DNA from: Adineta vaga
Lineage: Eukaryota; Animalia; Rotifera
Direction of reading: 5' to 3'
Assembly: GCA_021613535.1 (NCBI GenBank)
Contig: CP075493.1
Coordinates: forward strand, 1,922,001 to 1,986,000
Length of the DNA stretch: 64,000 bases
Each line of letters begins with the position of its first letter. Positions within the stretch are counted from its first letter, which is position 1. Shown here in pieces: positions 11,624 through 25,470 of this stretch. The translations under genes were made by a program, and so were the position numbers. Under the pieces are notes generated by a model. That model was not told the origin of the DNA. It worked only from the letters and a program-made list of their open reading frames with translations, and did not search any database.

Positions 11624-14600
11624 TTAGGTTTGTCGTGGTTCTAATTTATTTGATAATTGATTGAGAATACGTTGATTATCGATCACATTCATTTCTCTAA
11701 AACAACAAATGAAGGTGTTTTTGTTTTCTTCTTTTCTATAAAGAAAGAATAATAATGATACAAACCGAGTATATTCTTGAATTTCCGACATATTTTTTGC
11801 ACCTTGTGGAACTTGCAATTCTATAAACAAACTTTTATCTTTCTTAAATCGAAAATATACTGCTGTGCAGAAAGCATGCTGAGTATTGTGAAACTCTCAA
11901 TGGACCGAAATATATATCTCTCTTTCTATCTGATAACGATTGATTGTCATCTAATGATCACAATACGTTTTTGTTTGATTCGTATTAACGATCTTCTCAT
12001 TAGTCTAGTCAGAGATTTTGTCGCTTACGTAATGCTTGACTTCGACAAATTTTCATTGTTCGTAATGTATGTGATAACATTCTCTAGATGAAAAAATGGA
12101 AATTTATGGTTTTCTTTTTGAATGAATAGAAGATTGTTTGTTACCATTTTTTCAAAATTAACTAAACCTTCGATTAAGTTTGTTTTATTTCCTTCGTGAA
12201 TAAAAGTTAAATCTAAAAAAGATGAATGATGAAAATAATCAATTATTGTGTTTTGTTTTTGTCATGAATTTAAACCTTTGAGTAAAAGTGGCATAAATAA
12301 TATAATTGGTGGTGTCATTTTTGTTAATGTTGATCGATAAACACGATGATTTCGTGATGGATCCATTAAAGTTTCAAATTCCGAAAACATTCGTTTGATT
12401 TTACTTGGTAATCTCTATTTTTGATTTCGAAAGAATTTCTTTTTAAAATCAATACAATTATATCACTTACTTCCCACGTAATTGATAATCGACTAACAGC
12501 TATATTACTTAAACCCATAACAATTGCAAAGAATGCATTTAAATTTCGAAATTCTTTACAACTAAAATAATAAAAATTGAAGTTTTGCAAAAAAAAGAAA
12601 ATTTCTTTTCAATAGGAAACCCTTACTATGATGCAAGTTTAATAAATTTTCTTAAAAGTTGTACACGTTTTCCAGGACTTGGTGTTAAACATATTTCAGT
12701 TACAATCCAAAATTGTATTTCATTAAATCGTCGCATAAATACATCTAAATTTGCTGTTAATTTACCATATTTATATCGACCAAAAACTTGATAAAGTAGT
12801 TCATGCTAAACAAGAACAAATGACGTATAATTTGAAATCATCGAGATGAATTCCTACCTGATTAATACCCATGAATAACTCATAATCATGCATTGTTATT
12901 GCATAAGCTAATTCTTTCGAACCAAACATTTCTAATTTTTGCCATGTCCCTCGCGTTAAACCTTCTTGTTCAGGTAATGGTACCTATATGAAAATATTCG
13001 TTATAACTTTTAAATACAATAAAACTATTCATTGAACTTACTAAAGCATCGAGATGATCATTTGGTGCAAGAAACAATCGACCATTCAATGATAAACCAT
13101 AGGAAATACTAACATCACTTTCTTTATAAATAATTCGTTCTGAAAATAGGAAAGAAATTTTCTTTGTAATTTGTTTCGTTAATCGATTTTCAACTAACCT
13201 CCAGTTGATTTCACTTCACATAATTTCAAATCATCTGGTTGATCAGAACGTAAACCTAATTTATCTGCTGCTACTCGAATGATTCGTGATGCTGGCGTAT
13301 CAATTCGCATTTTCATTGTTGTATAAGTATGATCAGCACAATAAACTTTGAAAATAACTATACAAAGAGAAAAGAATAAGTGATAAAAAAAGTATAATCA
13401 ATGAAATTTCTTCTAATACCTTCGTCCGATGGTCGAATCATTTTAAGTTTATCAATACTATTTCGTTGTTTCCAAGGTAATTTACTTTTACGTATTTCCT
13501 TATGATCTCTATTCAATAAAAATACAAAGTTTTGTGTCTTCTTTATTTATTGTTATTGACAATGAGAAAATTTCTTCTTACGTATCATTATTTTCAATAA
13601 TTGCTTCGATTAATTTAATTTCTTCTTTTAATTGTACAAAAATTTTCATATCTACTCGTATTAAATGATGTAATTCCTTTTGAAATAAACACACAAAATT
13701 TATTGTAGAATTCTTTCGTAACAAATGACAATAACTTACATCGAGAAAAACATTAATTTTCGAATCTTCAAAAAACGTTTCTCTCACAGCATCATACCAT
13801 TCCAATACAAATCGTATGACTTTAACTTTCTGTTGTAAAACTAAATCAACTGTTTCACCTAATCGTTGTTGGGGTTTAGCTTTATATATCGAAAGTAATC
13901 GTGCACATATTTGATTAATTGGCATAAAAATAACATAAGTCGAAAGAAAATCATCAAGACTTGTATCACCTTCTTCATAATTAACACAAATATATGTGTC
14001 AAGAAAATGTTCAAGCATCTTTTCAGCAGTACCAGACATAACAAAATATCTAAATACAATCAATAACTTCTATAACCGTAATGAATACTCCTTTGATCTG
14101 TCACTAATATAAGAACTTTCATTAACATACTTATAACAAACTTGAAATGTTCCATCGGCTGTTTTTGCATTGATTGGAACTTTATCTAAGATGAGAACAT
14201 CTTTACCAAATTCTTTCAATTTAATTGTATTTGCTTCAACATCTCGAAGAATTCGATCGAAATCATCTTTATCCACACGAAGAAAATGTGTATTATCTTC
14301 ATTTAGAATAATTGTTGCTGTTCTAAATTATATATTTTAAAGAAAATCATTGATAAATATTTCTTTTTCTTTTGAGAAACTAACCGAGGAGAATTATTGA
14401 CTAAACTTAATTTACCAAAATCATCACCTTCATGAAATGTTCCCACAACACCTTTACCATAAACAACACATTGAATTGATCCTTTCAAAATAATATACCA
14501 TGATTTTTCTTCATCACCTTGTGTAAATACTAAAAAAGTTTGTGAATATTTTTCTCTGAAAAAGAAATTTTCTTCATTATCGATTCACATACAAACTTCT

Positions 14601-16365
14601 CCTTTGAATGGATGAGCTTCAAATATTAAAACTCCAGCTAATTCTCGTTTTACTAATGAAGAAAGATGTGATAATGCTTTAACATGTAATAATTCATCAT
14701 AAATAATTTCTAAATCATCAATAGTTCGTTCATGTGGTCTATGAAAAACAAATATATTTCATTCATTCTTATTCAAATCCATACATACGGTTTTCGTAAA
14801 ATCATTCGAAGCATTGCATCTGGTCCAACTTGTGCTAATGTTAAAATCACATCAGGTAATTGTTCACCACATTCATTTTGTTCGACATTACCCGGTCGAA
14901 TTAATGTTCCATCTTCATCACCAGAAAAACGATAGAATAAATATTTATCTTTAAAATAATGTTCTTGTGATACTAAAATCAATTTATTCGAATAGTTTAG
15001 ACAAAAATTCATCAAAATCAAACTTTTCCTACCATGTGAAACTGCTCCTTCTTCTAATAAAGCTTGCCACATGCCAACAGCTTGACTTCGAGAATGTACA
15101 ACTAAGAAAAATAAATTTTATAAATTAAAATTATGATCATGGATTACGAACTCGGACTTTGATGGATTAACCAATCGACCATTTCCGAACCAACTAAACA
15201 ACTTCGATGCATTTTTAAATGATATTTACGATCACGAATCATTTGTGGTGCTTTGCCAAGAATACATGTTCGTAGAACATAAGCTGCATGTTGAATTCGA
15301 ACGGATGTATTCTAGAAAAAGAACAAGTCGATAGAGATCTTTATTAGACAGGGAGAATAAGTTCTCCTACAGGTACAATTGGTAATGCCGGATTTCGAGC
15401 TAAAAATTAAGAAAAAAAGTGTGTTTTTTTTTTCGCAAAAGGAATATAGAAACTTGGATCATCTTTGAAAAACTTTGAACTTGCTACTTGTGGAATTAAT
15501 GATGGATCAAATTCTGATGCCCGTCGTTTGGGATCTAAATGAATAAGAATTGTTTCTATCTTTGTATTCAAAAATTAAATTTAATACCTATCGTATTTGT
15601 TAATTGACTAAGACTAGTAATAACTCCATGTAAATATTGTTTATTACGCTAAATAACAAAAAGAAAACGAAATGAAATGTTTGGTTTGGTTTTTTTTTTC
15701 GAATAAAATTTCATTTGATTTACCTCCCATAAAATTTTAAAATCTTTCTGTTCAACTCGTAAAAGCATGACAACTGATGATGTTATAATCGTCGCATTTC
15801 GAGGTGTATCATATAGAATTGATTCACCAAATGCCGCACCAGCTCCAAGTGTACAAATCAATGTATGACCCTAATTATAATCGTTCACAAATGAAAACAA
15901 AGCGAAAAAAGTAAACTTTATAATCAACAAACTTTTCCATTTTCCGATGGAATACAAACATCAACATTACCACTGAGAATAGCGAACCAATTCGAACCAA
16001 GATCACCTGTTCGAAAGACTAATGACAAAAAAAACCAAACAAGATTTATTGAAATAATAATGAATAACTATTCTCATACGTGTAACGCCTTTTTCTAAAC
16101 TTTCAAAATAACTATAATAACAAAGTTGTTGAATAAGTAATGGATGAAATTTTTCCAAAGCTTTCACATCTTTCAATCTTGAAAATATAATATCAAGATC
16201 ATCACTTGTTCGATCTGTTGGTCTGAGAAAGATTTGTTTGAAACAAAATTTTCTAAGAAAACAAAAAACAATTATTTACCGTTTATCTAAACGTTCAGTC
16301 CATTCTGATGATACAATGATTGTTGGTGCTTTCTCAGCTAAGGATAGACCACTTAATAATTTCAT
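11624..16365 (-). CDS. Epac: Epac (cyclic-nucleotide-regulated Rap GEF), RAPGEF4-like: CNB-A, DEP, CNB-B, REM, RA, CDC25; many short introns
   Basis: Motifs [28 protein letters not shown] (DEP), [85 protein letters not shown] and [11 protein letters not shown] at 16365 reads MKLLSGLSL. Confidence 0.95.
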
Positions 16366-16532
16366 TTTACATGACTGAGATAATTAAATTGATAGACACT
16401 TCTATATATGTAAAAATTGTTCGAATCATTGGTGATAGAAACGAGAAAAGTGAGAAGAAAAACAAAATGCACAAACTCCGAACAGAATCAGATTAACTCT
16501 AATATCTTTTTGATCATTTTTAACATGAAATA

Positions 16533-16552
16533 TAGAGAGAGAGAGAGAGAGA
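16533..16552. repeat. (AG)n microsatellite upstream of Epac
   Basis: Run of about 10 AG units read directly. Confidence 0.85.
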
Positions 16553-19407
16553 TAGGAGAATAAAGAATGACAAATCCTGATGAGTTAGTTTATGAATGGC
16601 AAAGCTTTGGTTTTTCTTTTTCTTTTTCTTTACCATTTTTCACTCCGCCTATTTGTTATATATATATTTAGCATCGTCATTTATTCCGCTCAGTTCATCT
16701 CTAAATCATAGGGATTGTATTAGTGCTTTAGTCACCGGAAAACGGCACTCTCACTATCAACTCATCTCTCATTGTTCACGACGAATTCCATATATAAATA
16801 AAAGATTACCTACAACAAATTTTTTTCTTTCCGAATAATTTACCTTTTGGAAACACATGACGAAAGAAAGAAATTAGAGATCTTATCATTAAAGAGAAGA
16901 TTGATAGTTTCATTGATATATATTACACGTGCTTTGTCTCGAAAGACATATACTTTGAGAATATTACGGGAAAAAGGAAAAGTTTCTTTTTCGTTGGTTT
17001 TCAATAATGAGTCAATTTGGAGATCAGAAAGTCTTATGGAAAATGATAGATGCTTATTTTTAGCTATGATTATATTTCATTACTTTCCTCCGAGAAAAAA
17101 ATTCTCCTGTTTGAAGTCGTTCGATGTTGTGTAGAAACTACCAGAATGCTATTAAAAAGTCCTTTCACACTCATTACTATCATCAACTATAATTATTTGA
17201 GCTTATTAATAGTTGATAGAAAATTGAATATTGAAGGAAAAGGATATTATGGAATAGTTTCTCGAAAGATAAACAACAATATTTTTCGGCAGGTAATTTC
17301 TATTAGAGAAGTAAACTATTGATCAAACATTTAGAAATTTTCACGATCAAATAATGATTTCTTATCAAACGAGAAATATCAAGGACATCAAATCTGACGC
17401 ATTTACAGACATTTGTGACATAAGCTGTTCATCTAAAGATTAATTGTTTTATTCTTAATGAATGATGACCTATTTTACTTCATTAGTTTTTACGGAAGCA
17501 TATCAGAAAGTATTTGAAATTTAAACTTAACGTATGCACATTCCAGGTTTTCATAGAATCAGGAAAAAATTCAATAGATAATTGCCTAAGTCATTCTGAC
17601 TTGTTTCTTTACAGACTATTTTTGACAAGAGACATATGTGTCTATCTATTGTTTACTAATGATGGCGTCATCTTGATAAAAAAATCCATTTTTAACATAT
17701 AATGAAATCGATATTCTAAACGAAATTTCCCTTTTTTATTCTTTTTTTTTCGTTTTACAAATGAAATTATAAGTAAGTTGTTTTTCTTAAATCAACACAA
17801 ATCTTCGCACAATACATATAACCATCTAAGAAACAAAGATAGTTTATATATCCTAGACTCGAAATTACCGAAATATAGATTCAAATTGAATTTATCACGA
17901 TTGATTGACACATTGCTCTAAAAATATAGTGGTGTTAAAGCATTTTGTATATGCAAGAACAGATATTGAAACAATTGAATTGATAGATACAGTCCTTTGT
18001 GGAATTTCACATCTATTTTTCGACGAAGAATAAGTGAGCGTATGTTTGAAATCGAGAAATTCTCGTTCTCGTCGCTCCTCTTTAGAGACTGGTCTTCATT
18101 ATAAGAATAATCCAGTTTCAAGCAAAATCCCAATACTTACAGGCTATTATCGCAAATAGACTACGTGAATTTCATACCTAAATCTTGCAAAACCTTTTTA
18201 TTGTTGTTCAGTAACAACTAAATCTTTCTCGATCTATTTGAAAACGTCATGAAGTAAAATTATTTATAAATATTGAAATAATCTATTGAACAGCATATGA
18301 ATAGTTTTAATTTCTACTTATCATTTCTCTTGTAATGAGAGTCATTCAATTAACATTCTAATTTAGAATATTTATTCAACTGAAAAATAAATTTTTACTT
18401 TTTTTTTTCAGTATTTGTTTGAAGAAAAAACACGTAGAAGATTTTTTTTTCGAACTCAAAAGACTTTAATTAAAAGTATTCACTTAGATGAATTGATGTT
18501 AAAATATGTTCATTTGTTCAGAACAGATATGAAATGTTGAGGTAAGAGATGATTAAAAGATTTCTCTTGACATCGGAGATTGTAAGATAAATACTAAGAA
18601 GAGATGAATTTATTTGGTTTTTTTCATGGCTGAATGCGAAGAATACTAGTTTTGATAGATTATCCTTCAGATATTTGACATGTCATGCATTATTGAATCT
18701 TCATATCGAGGAAAATTGCTTGTATCATTAGTTTACAGAATAGATCAAATGTTCTTTCGAGATTAATTGAAAATACACGAATCAAATTTGACAGATCAAA
18801 TATAGTTTTTGTCATATTGCATGATAGATACCTTCTTCTTCTTCTTCTACTTTTCCTCTTCAAATACTCATTGGAATTGAATGGATAAAAAAATAAGTCA
18901 TGACTTATCATGTTTCCATTCATCATCACATTTGTTCTATTATTCATACAATTTGATGAATATATTCCTTAAGATTTACTCGATTTCTACGATGAGTATA
19001 TATATCGAAGACAAAAAGAACTCTATATCCGATGTAATTATCATCTTCGAATGAATGTGTTTCTCTCGGCAATTTGAAATTGTTTTCTTTTCTATTACAG
19101 GTATTTTATCTATCTCATATATATTGATAGTCTATTAAGAGACACTGTCAGTGATGATTGATTTCGTTTCCTGTTACGAGCAGGAAAAAAAATACGCTTT
19201 TTCTCTTCTATACAATATATTTCAGAGTACCTCCTACTTGTTAATAATGACAGTAGGAAATCTAAAAGAGAGCGAGAGAAAGAGCAAAAGGAAAGAGAGA
19301 AGTGTTATACTTGAGTAAAAGAACGACTTCTTCTTCAAACTTTAGATATTATATACATATAAGAGAAAAGAAATTAACAAATATATAGATATATATATAT
19401 CATTTCA

Positions 19408-20857
19408 ATGAGCTTGAATATATCATCATCATTGTCATCGAAAACAACTTGTACAAAACGTGAAATTCATGGACCTGAAGCTCCATTTTATCGATGGTTA
19501 GCACTTGGTTATGGTGTTTTATTTATTCTTGCATTAACAGCGAATTTACGTGTACTTTTCAAATTATTTCATTATTCTCGTCGTCGTTTTCGTGATCATA
19601 TTCTTCTATTAAATCTTTGTGCAGCTGATCTATTTGTTACACTGGTTTATATTCCAAGTGAAATCTATACATATACAATTGCACGATGGCATAATGATGG
19701 TATTTGTAAGACATTAGCTGCATTGAAAGGTTTAGGAATATATGTATCATCATGTACAATTATTGGAATATCATTAGATCGATATCTATCGATTGTACAT
19801 CCTTTAACTGTTTATCAATCAAATATTCGAAATAAATTATTTGTTGTTGGATCATGGTTAATATCAGCTATTGCTTGTATACCACAGGTGAAGTTTCATT
19901 GATTTGATTTGATTTGTTTTTATTTTAGTTTAGTTTGTTTTTCTTTCTAGTTGATTATATTTAAACGATTAACCAATGAAGATATTTGTCGTGAAATGTG
20001 TGGCGATACATTATCATCCGATCCAGGCAAACGTCTCGCATATAATATTGCTGTAGCATTATTTGCATATATAGCTCCATTATTGACAATTTTCTATTCT
20101 TATTTTCGCATTTTATATGTCTTACATAAACGATCCGACCGGCGAACATTTCGATTTGTTCGAAGTAGTAGCAATCGAAATAGTTGTGATCTCAATCAAA
20201 TTAATTTACCATTAACATCGACACGAAAAAGTTTTACTCATGAAAGAACGACTAATGGACCTTCTGTCGTTCAAGAAGAGATTAATTCTCATAATATCAA
20301 AACAATAACACGAGCAAAATTAAAAACATTGAAACTCACTGCTTTAATTGGTAATAAAAAACAACAATTTTCTTTCTTCAAAACAAAAACATCAAATTTC
20401 ATTTCATTTTCGTTTAGTTATCTGTTTTATACTTTGTTGGACACCATATTATTGTATTGTATTCTTTCTTTTAATAACCGATGCTCGTATAGATTCGGAA
20501 TCTGCTCAAACAATTGTAATCGATTCATTGAATTCTCAACAGCCAACAAATAATGAACGTTCACTTCTAATTGTCATGATGCTTGCTGTTTCGAATTCGG
20601 TTTTAGATCCATTAATATACGGTAGATTGCTTCATTGGATTTCATTTGAGTATATTTATCTTCTAGGTTGTTTTATGGTTCGAACAATTCCAACGAATTG
20701 TTGTGATCGTTTACGAAATCGACGAGAAACAACAACAACATCGAAACGTACAGCAAATCAATTAGCAAGTGATAAAGAATCAAAATTAACTACATTAAGA
20801 AGTCATATTAAGAATGGAAATCTTCAACGAGAAGCAATTGCTGAATGTCAACTTTAA
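19408..20857 (+). CDS. Rhodopsin-class neuropeptide GPCR, GnRH/AKH/corazonin receptor superfamily; 4 exons (19408-19887, 19951-20350, 20418-20621, 20668-20857)
   Basis: Seven hydrophobic segments. Motifs LLNLCAADLFVT, ISLDRY, ITRAKLKTLKLT (family-typical end of ICL3), CWTPYY and SNSVLDPLIYG (DPxxY, as in GnRH receptors). Confidence 0.85.
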
Positions 20858-21379
20858 AAATCTTCTTTGTGTGTTCGTGTTTGTTCTTGTTCTTCTTCTT
20901 GAAAGAGATGTTTTGCACAAAGTTTAAAAGAAAATCTATCAAATCAATATGAAGAATTTGCCAAAAGGAATATAAATATTAAACGGAACTTCAGATCGTA
21001 TTCTTTGATGTTGAAGGTCATGAAAAACTATCTTGTACTTGATTACTGATGGGTTCATTTCCGAGAGAACCCTGGATAAAGAAGATTGTTTTAACGGATA
21101 TTTAATATTGTCAGATCGAAATACAAAAAAATCGAGTAGAAGATTGATTAATCTATCTGTCATAGATTCACATCATTTCATTTGAGGAAGTTAATTTGAC
21201 GCTTGCTTTTAATTGAACAATTTCCCGAGAAGAATAATTTGACATTTGAAACGATATTCTTTTGTTATATGAAGAAAACAAATAGTTAATAGATATATTC
21301 AATGATTAACAGAAGAAGAAAAAGAAAACAAAGAAATTGAACAATAAATAAATAAATAAATAATTATTTTATCTTTCTT

Positions 21380-22378
21380 TTAGAATTCACCATGAAATCC
21401 TGTTGAATGGGAATAATTACTGATATCATGAAAAACAAATGGAGAATTATAATTAACCGAATCATAAGATGGTTGGAATGGATAACTAGAGAAGAACAAT
21501 TACGATTTATATTTGACGTAATTCTCAATTTTATTTACCGAAAATTTGGCCACATGGGATTGTAAAATGTTTGAGAAGGATTGGGTAAATAATATGATGG
21601 AGGTGGTGGTGGAAGATAATTAATAGGAGATGGTTGAGGAAATAAATTCACTGGTGGACTTGTTGATGAAGCACGTGAGATATCGTCATCCTTAGAAAGA
21701 AATGTAAACTAAATCAATTGAGATGAATGATCGATTCATACTAAATGAATTCCACTATCATATTGTTCTTGATTGTCGCGTTCGAATGATTGATGATTTT
21801 CGAGTTTTTGTTGACTTTTTTTTAAACGTGCACGGCGATTTTGAAACCAAACCTAAACGAAATCTTTTTCTTATAAAGAAAATCAAATTTTATATGACAA
21901 AAATTGTGTACTGTAATTTTTTGTGTAGGTAAATGAAGTTGTTCAACAAGATCATCAATCATATCAATAGTTGGATATCGATGTTGTTGAAAAGTAGTTT
22001 CGAGAACATTGATCTTTGTTAGAAAATGATATAGATATTTTTCAAATCGAAACTTATAATGAAATTTACTTGTTCTTGAGTAAATTTAACTCTTGCACGT
22101 TTTTTATAAACAATCGGCATTGGTTCATCCTGATCTTGTTCGACATGAGATGACGTATCTTCATCACTTTGTTGTGGAATATTTTGATCAGAATCTTTAC
22201 GAATAAAAGAAACGAAACGGATAATTTATGATAGACAAAACAAAAAATTGAACTTAATCTAACAATTTGTTGTATATTGAATTGGTAAACCATTACTAAT
22301 ATGTTGTTTCATCATTTCTAACAACATATTTTGTTGTAAATCAACAGATAAATAATGATCAGTATCAGGGTGATCCAT
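21380..22378 (-). CDS. Divergent PRD-class (Q50) homeodomain protein with Pro-rich C-terminus; missed by the ORF track
   Basis: Spliced homeodomain KKRARVKFTQEQ|INVLETTFQQHRYPTIDMIDDLVEQLHLPTQKIT|VWFQNRRARLKK. The intron immediately before VWFQN is the classic PRD-class position. Starts MDHPDTDH at 22378 and ends GFHGEF*. Confidence 0.85.
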
Positions 22379-22775
22379 TGTTAATAATGACGAATAATAT
22401 AAACATCGATCGAACGAGAAGAACGAAAGAAAGAATTACTATATTTCTTCTCTGCACATGTTTTTCTTCAGTTCTACTTACATTATCATTCGATAAGAAT
22501 TAAACAAAGACTCTGAATAATATGTAGATTATATCACAAAAATTTCTACTTGAAATCTTACAAGAAAATATTGATAATATTGCAAAAATAGGTTTACTGT
22601 TAGTAACTTTATAAGAATATCTATGATAGATTTGATTTTGTTTTTAAAAAGAATCATCCAACGAAATGTTTGTGTTTAAAAAAAGTATTTTTTTTCTCTG
22701 ACAACAATGAAATACAACAAGTTTATTTAAGCCTAGAAGACGGACATTGTCAAACTATCAATCAAATGGCAATAA

Positions 22776-23290
22776 TTAACGTCCACGACCACCGCCGCCA
22801 CCACCACCACCACCACCTGGACCACCACGACCACGTCCGCGACCACGACCTCTTCCTCGACCACCTCTGGGGCCACCAGTTGGACCTGAAATAGTAAACA
22901 AACATAAACATTTTCTTCGAGAAAACAAAATAATACAAACCAGTTCTTTCACGTTTTGGTTTAGCCTTTGGTGTATCATCGACAAGTAATGTATCCAACG
23001 GAAGGCTATCCGGTAATATAAAATATCGAATATTGTTACCTAGAAGAAAACAAAAACATTTTCTATGTTGATTGATGAAATTTTTTCCCAATGGATGAAA
23101 TCAAACCTCGAATTGTAATAAAATCCAGTGTAATGGGTTCACCATTTTTTGGTGTTAATTTCGCCGATTTCAAATGTGTATTCATTGACATATCCACACC
23201 GATAACTGTACCAAAAACATTCGAACCATTCTTCAGTGCAATAGTTACACTTTCATGGGTTAATTTCATAAGAAAACGAACGAGTTTCAT
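22776..23290 (-). CDS. SNRPD1: Small nuclear ribonucleoprotein Sm D1; 3 coding exons
   Basis: [22 protein letters not shown]...[11 protein letters not shown]...IRG|[18 protein letters not shown] followed by a GR-repeat tail. Confidence 0.97.
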
Positions 23291-23495
23291 TCTGTCTAGT
23301 TGAATAGAAAATGAATCTTTGTCAAAAAAAAACACACACACATATACATATACAAGAAAGTCTCGTTAACCAATGGATAAAGTTCAACCAATTGAAAGAA
23401 AATTTTCTTTTTTACCTCTAGAGTATAAGAAATAAAATTCAAATAAAGCGACATCTAGGAAAATTATATCGAAAGCAATTTATTCAAATATAAAT

Positions 23496-24113
23496 TCAAG
23501 AAAAGATTTTTTTCATGTCAATATTTTGTTGTTCAATCGATATCGTTGAATTCGTCATTTTTTCATGAATATCGTTAATTGTATCTGCTTGATCAGTTAG
23601 TTGAACATTGATTTCTAATGCAATACCTTTTAAACGTTGTATAGCATTTTCAATATTATCAAGTGATCGATCGATCGGTCCATCCGAAAAGGATTTTGTC
23701 GATGGAATATTATGTCGAAGTAGTTTTGGAGATGAATCTCTCTATAAAAAAAACAGGCAAACGAATATAGATCCTTTTCTCTTGTCTCATTTTCTTACTG
23801 TTCGTGGTGATGATGTTGAAAAGAAATTTTGTTTTTTTGTTGAATTCAAAAGAATTTTTGAGAAAACTTTTCGATGTAATTTTGTTCGAACAGAATCAAT
23901 CACACGTCGTGTAACACCTTTTAAACGATTGATATTTTGTTTTGTATCAACTAATGCTGTATCAACAGTTGTTAGACTTGATATTATATTTTCAAATTGT
24001 TCATTCTGGTGGTTTAGTAAACGAATTGTTTGAATACCCGTGATTTCAGCATCATGACATATTGATTGAATTTCACCTTCTCGTCGACGTATATCTTCTT
24101 GATATTCCTCCAT
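23496..24113 (-). CDS. SNAP25/SNAP29-family double-SNARE (Qb+Qc) protein; 2 exons
   Basis: N-terminal heptads TGIQTIRLLNHQNEQFENIISSLTTVDTALVDTKQNINRL and C-terminal IDRSLDNIENAIQRLKGIALEINVQLTDQADTINDIHEKM, each with a central Q. No palmitoylation Cys cluster. Confidence 0.75.
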
Positions 24114-25470
24114 TATGTACTCAACTAGATAGAAAGTTCTTTCTACTTGATATGATTTAAAAAAATGTTCTTCAGAACAGATGGATAAAAGATTTTCTTC
24201 TTTCTTCTTATGCAAATAGAAGAGAGAAAAAATAACATAAATTTATTATATTATTCTTCCTCCGTTTTACATCTATTTGATGCCATAGAAAAGCTGATAA
24301 TTCTGACGCAGATATTTCATTGTCTACGTCATTGTTCTAGAGATTTGACGTCGATAAATTTTAAAGTGAATATAAAGAAATCTAAACTAAGATATTCTTT
24401 TATAATATATATTTTTAAAAATTAATATTTTCTCATGAATAAAATGACGAAATTCTTCTTTACCTTTGACATAGTAGAAAGAACAAGGTTCTATGTCATG
24501 ATTCAATACTAGAATTTGTTCACTGCGAGATATATTTTTATATTTTTTTAAAGTAATTATCATTGTTTTTATTTTGAAAGCGTGGAAAGGAAATATTATC
24601 TTTATTAACATACAGCTAATCTATATATATATATATGAACAGATTGAGTGATAACAGTGATTCAACGAGAATCTTCTCGTGCCTGAGAAAATATGATTCG
24701 ATCATTATAAATTTTCATTCGATCTTTTTACTCCAGTGTAGACAAGACTAGAAGGTTAAATATTGATTGATTTCATGTGTACAAAGAAGAAAAAACTTGA
24801 ACGAATTAGTCATCGTATAATGTCGACATGTTACGTCGCATTTATCGTTCTTCATGGAAATGACGATATGTCTATGATAGAATATTACACACGAAGAAGA
24901 GTGACACAAGAAAGAAAGAAAGAAAGATATCTACCTCGATAGGACATTTCACGCTCAATCAAATGTACTAATCGTTATCTTTTTTTCTTGTCCTCTTTTC
25001 ATCAAATATTACTTATGTCATAAAACTAAAATGCTAATTCTTGAATATTTAGATTAATTGAATGATATCTTATCTCGCTTCTTTTTCTTCCCTGCAATGT
25101 CAACATGATTAACTCGTATGTCATTTCGATAATGAACAAATTGCAAGATATTCTCTAAAAATGATCAGTGAATCAGTTTTTTTCTTCTTCTTCTTCTTCT
25201 TCTTTGATATGACACAGAAGAAAACGATCGAGGATAAGAAGGTTTGATCTATAAGTAACAAAATCACTAAAGTGTAACGAGTGAGCACGTATGCGTAGTT
25301 TTGAATCAAATATCTAATCCATCTTCACCGCATAGAATATCGAACTACGATCGTATACGAACATTTTCTCTTTTTTTTCATTCTCAATGAACATATTGCA
25401 AAGTTGGTCTTAATCGAATAACAAAAAATATCAAAACCTTATTGTTTAAATCCAAACTATCATAGTAACA

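Noticed and set aside
16596-18947. Short ORFs between Epac and the GPCR
   Set aside because: F/I/K/L-rich translations typical of AT-rich non-coding DNA, with no consistent splice chain or domain.
20939-21250. 74-aa minus-strand ORF between the GPCR and the homeobox gene
   Set aside because: No motif recognised, neighbouring frames are interrupted by stops, and it lies in convergent 3' flanks. It could be a relic but I cannot support that.
21380-24113. Operon-like, trans-spliced cluster SNAP-SmD1-homeobox (same strand, 200-400 nt gaps, AG acceptors just before ATGs)
   Set aside because: A plausible cis donor lies about 55-60 nt upstream of the SmD1 acceptor, and CCAAT boxes and the CTCF-like motif lie between SNAP and SmD1, suggesting its own promoter. 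Spliced-leader use cannot be shown from DNA alone.
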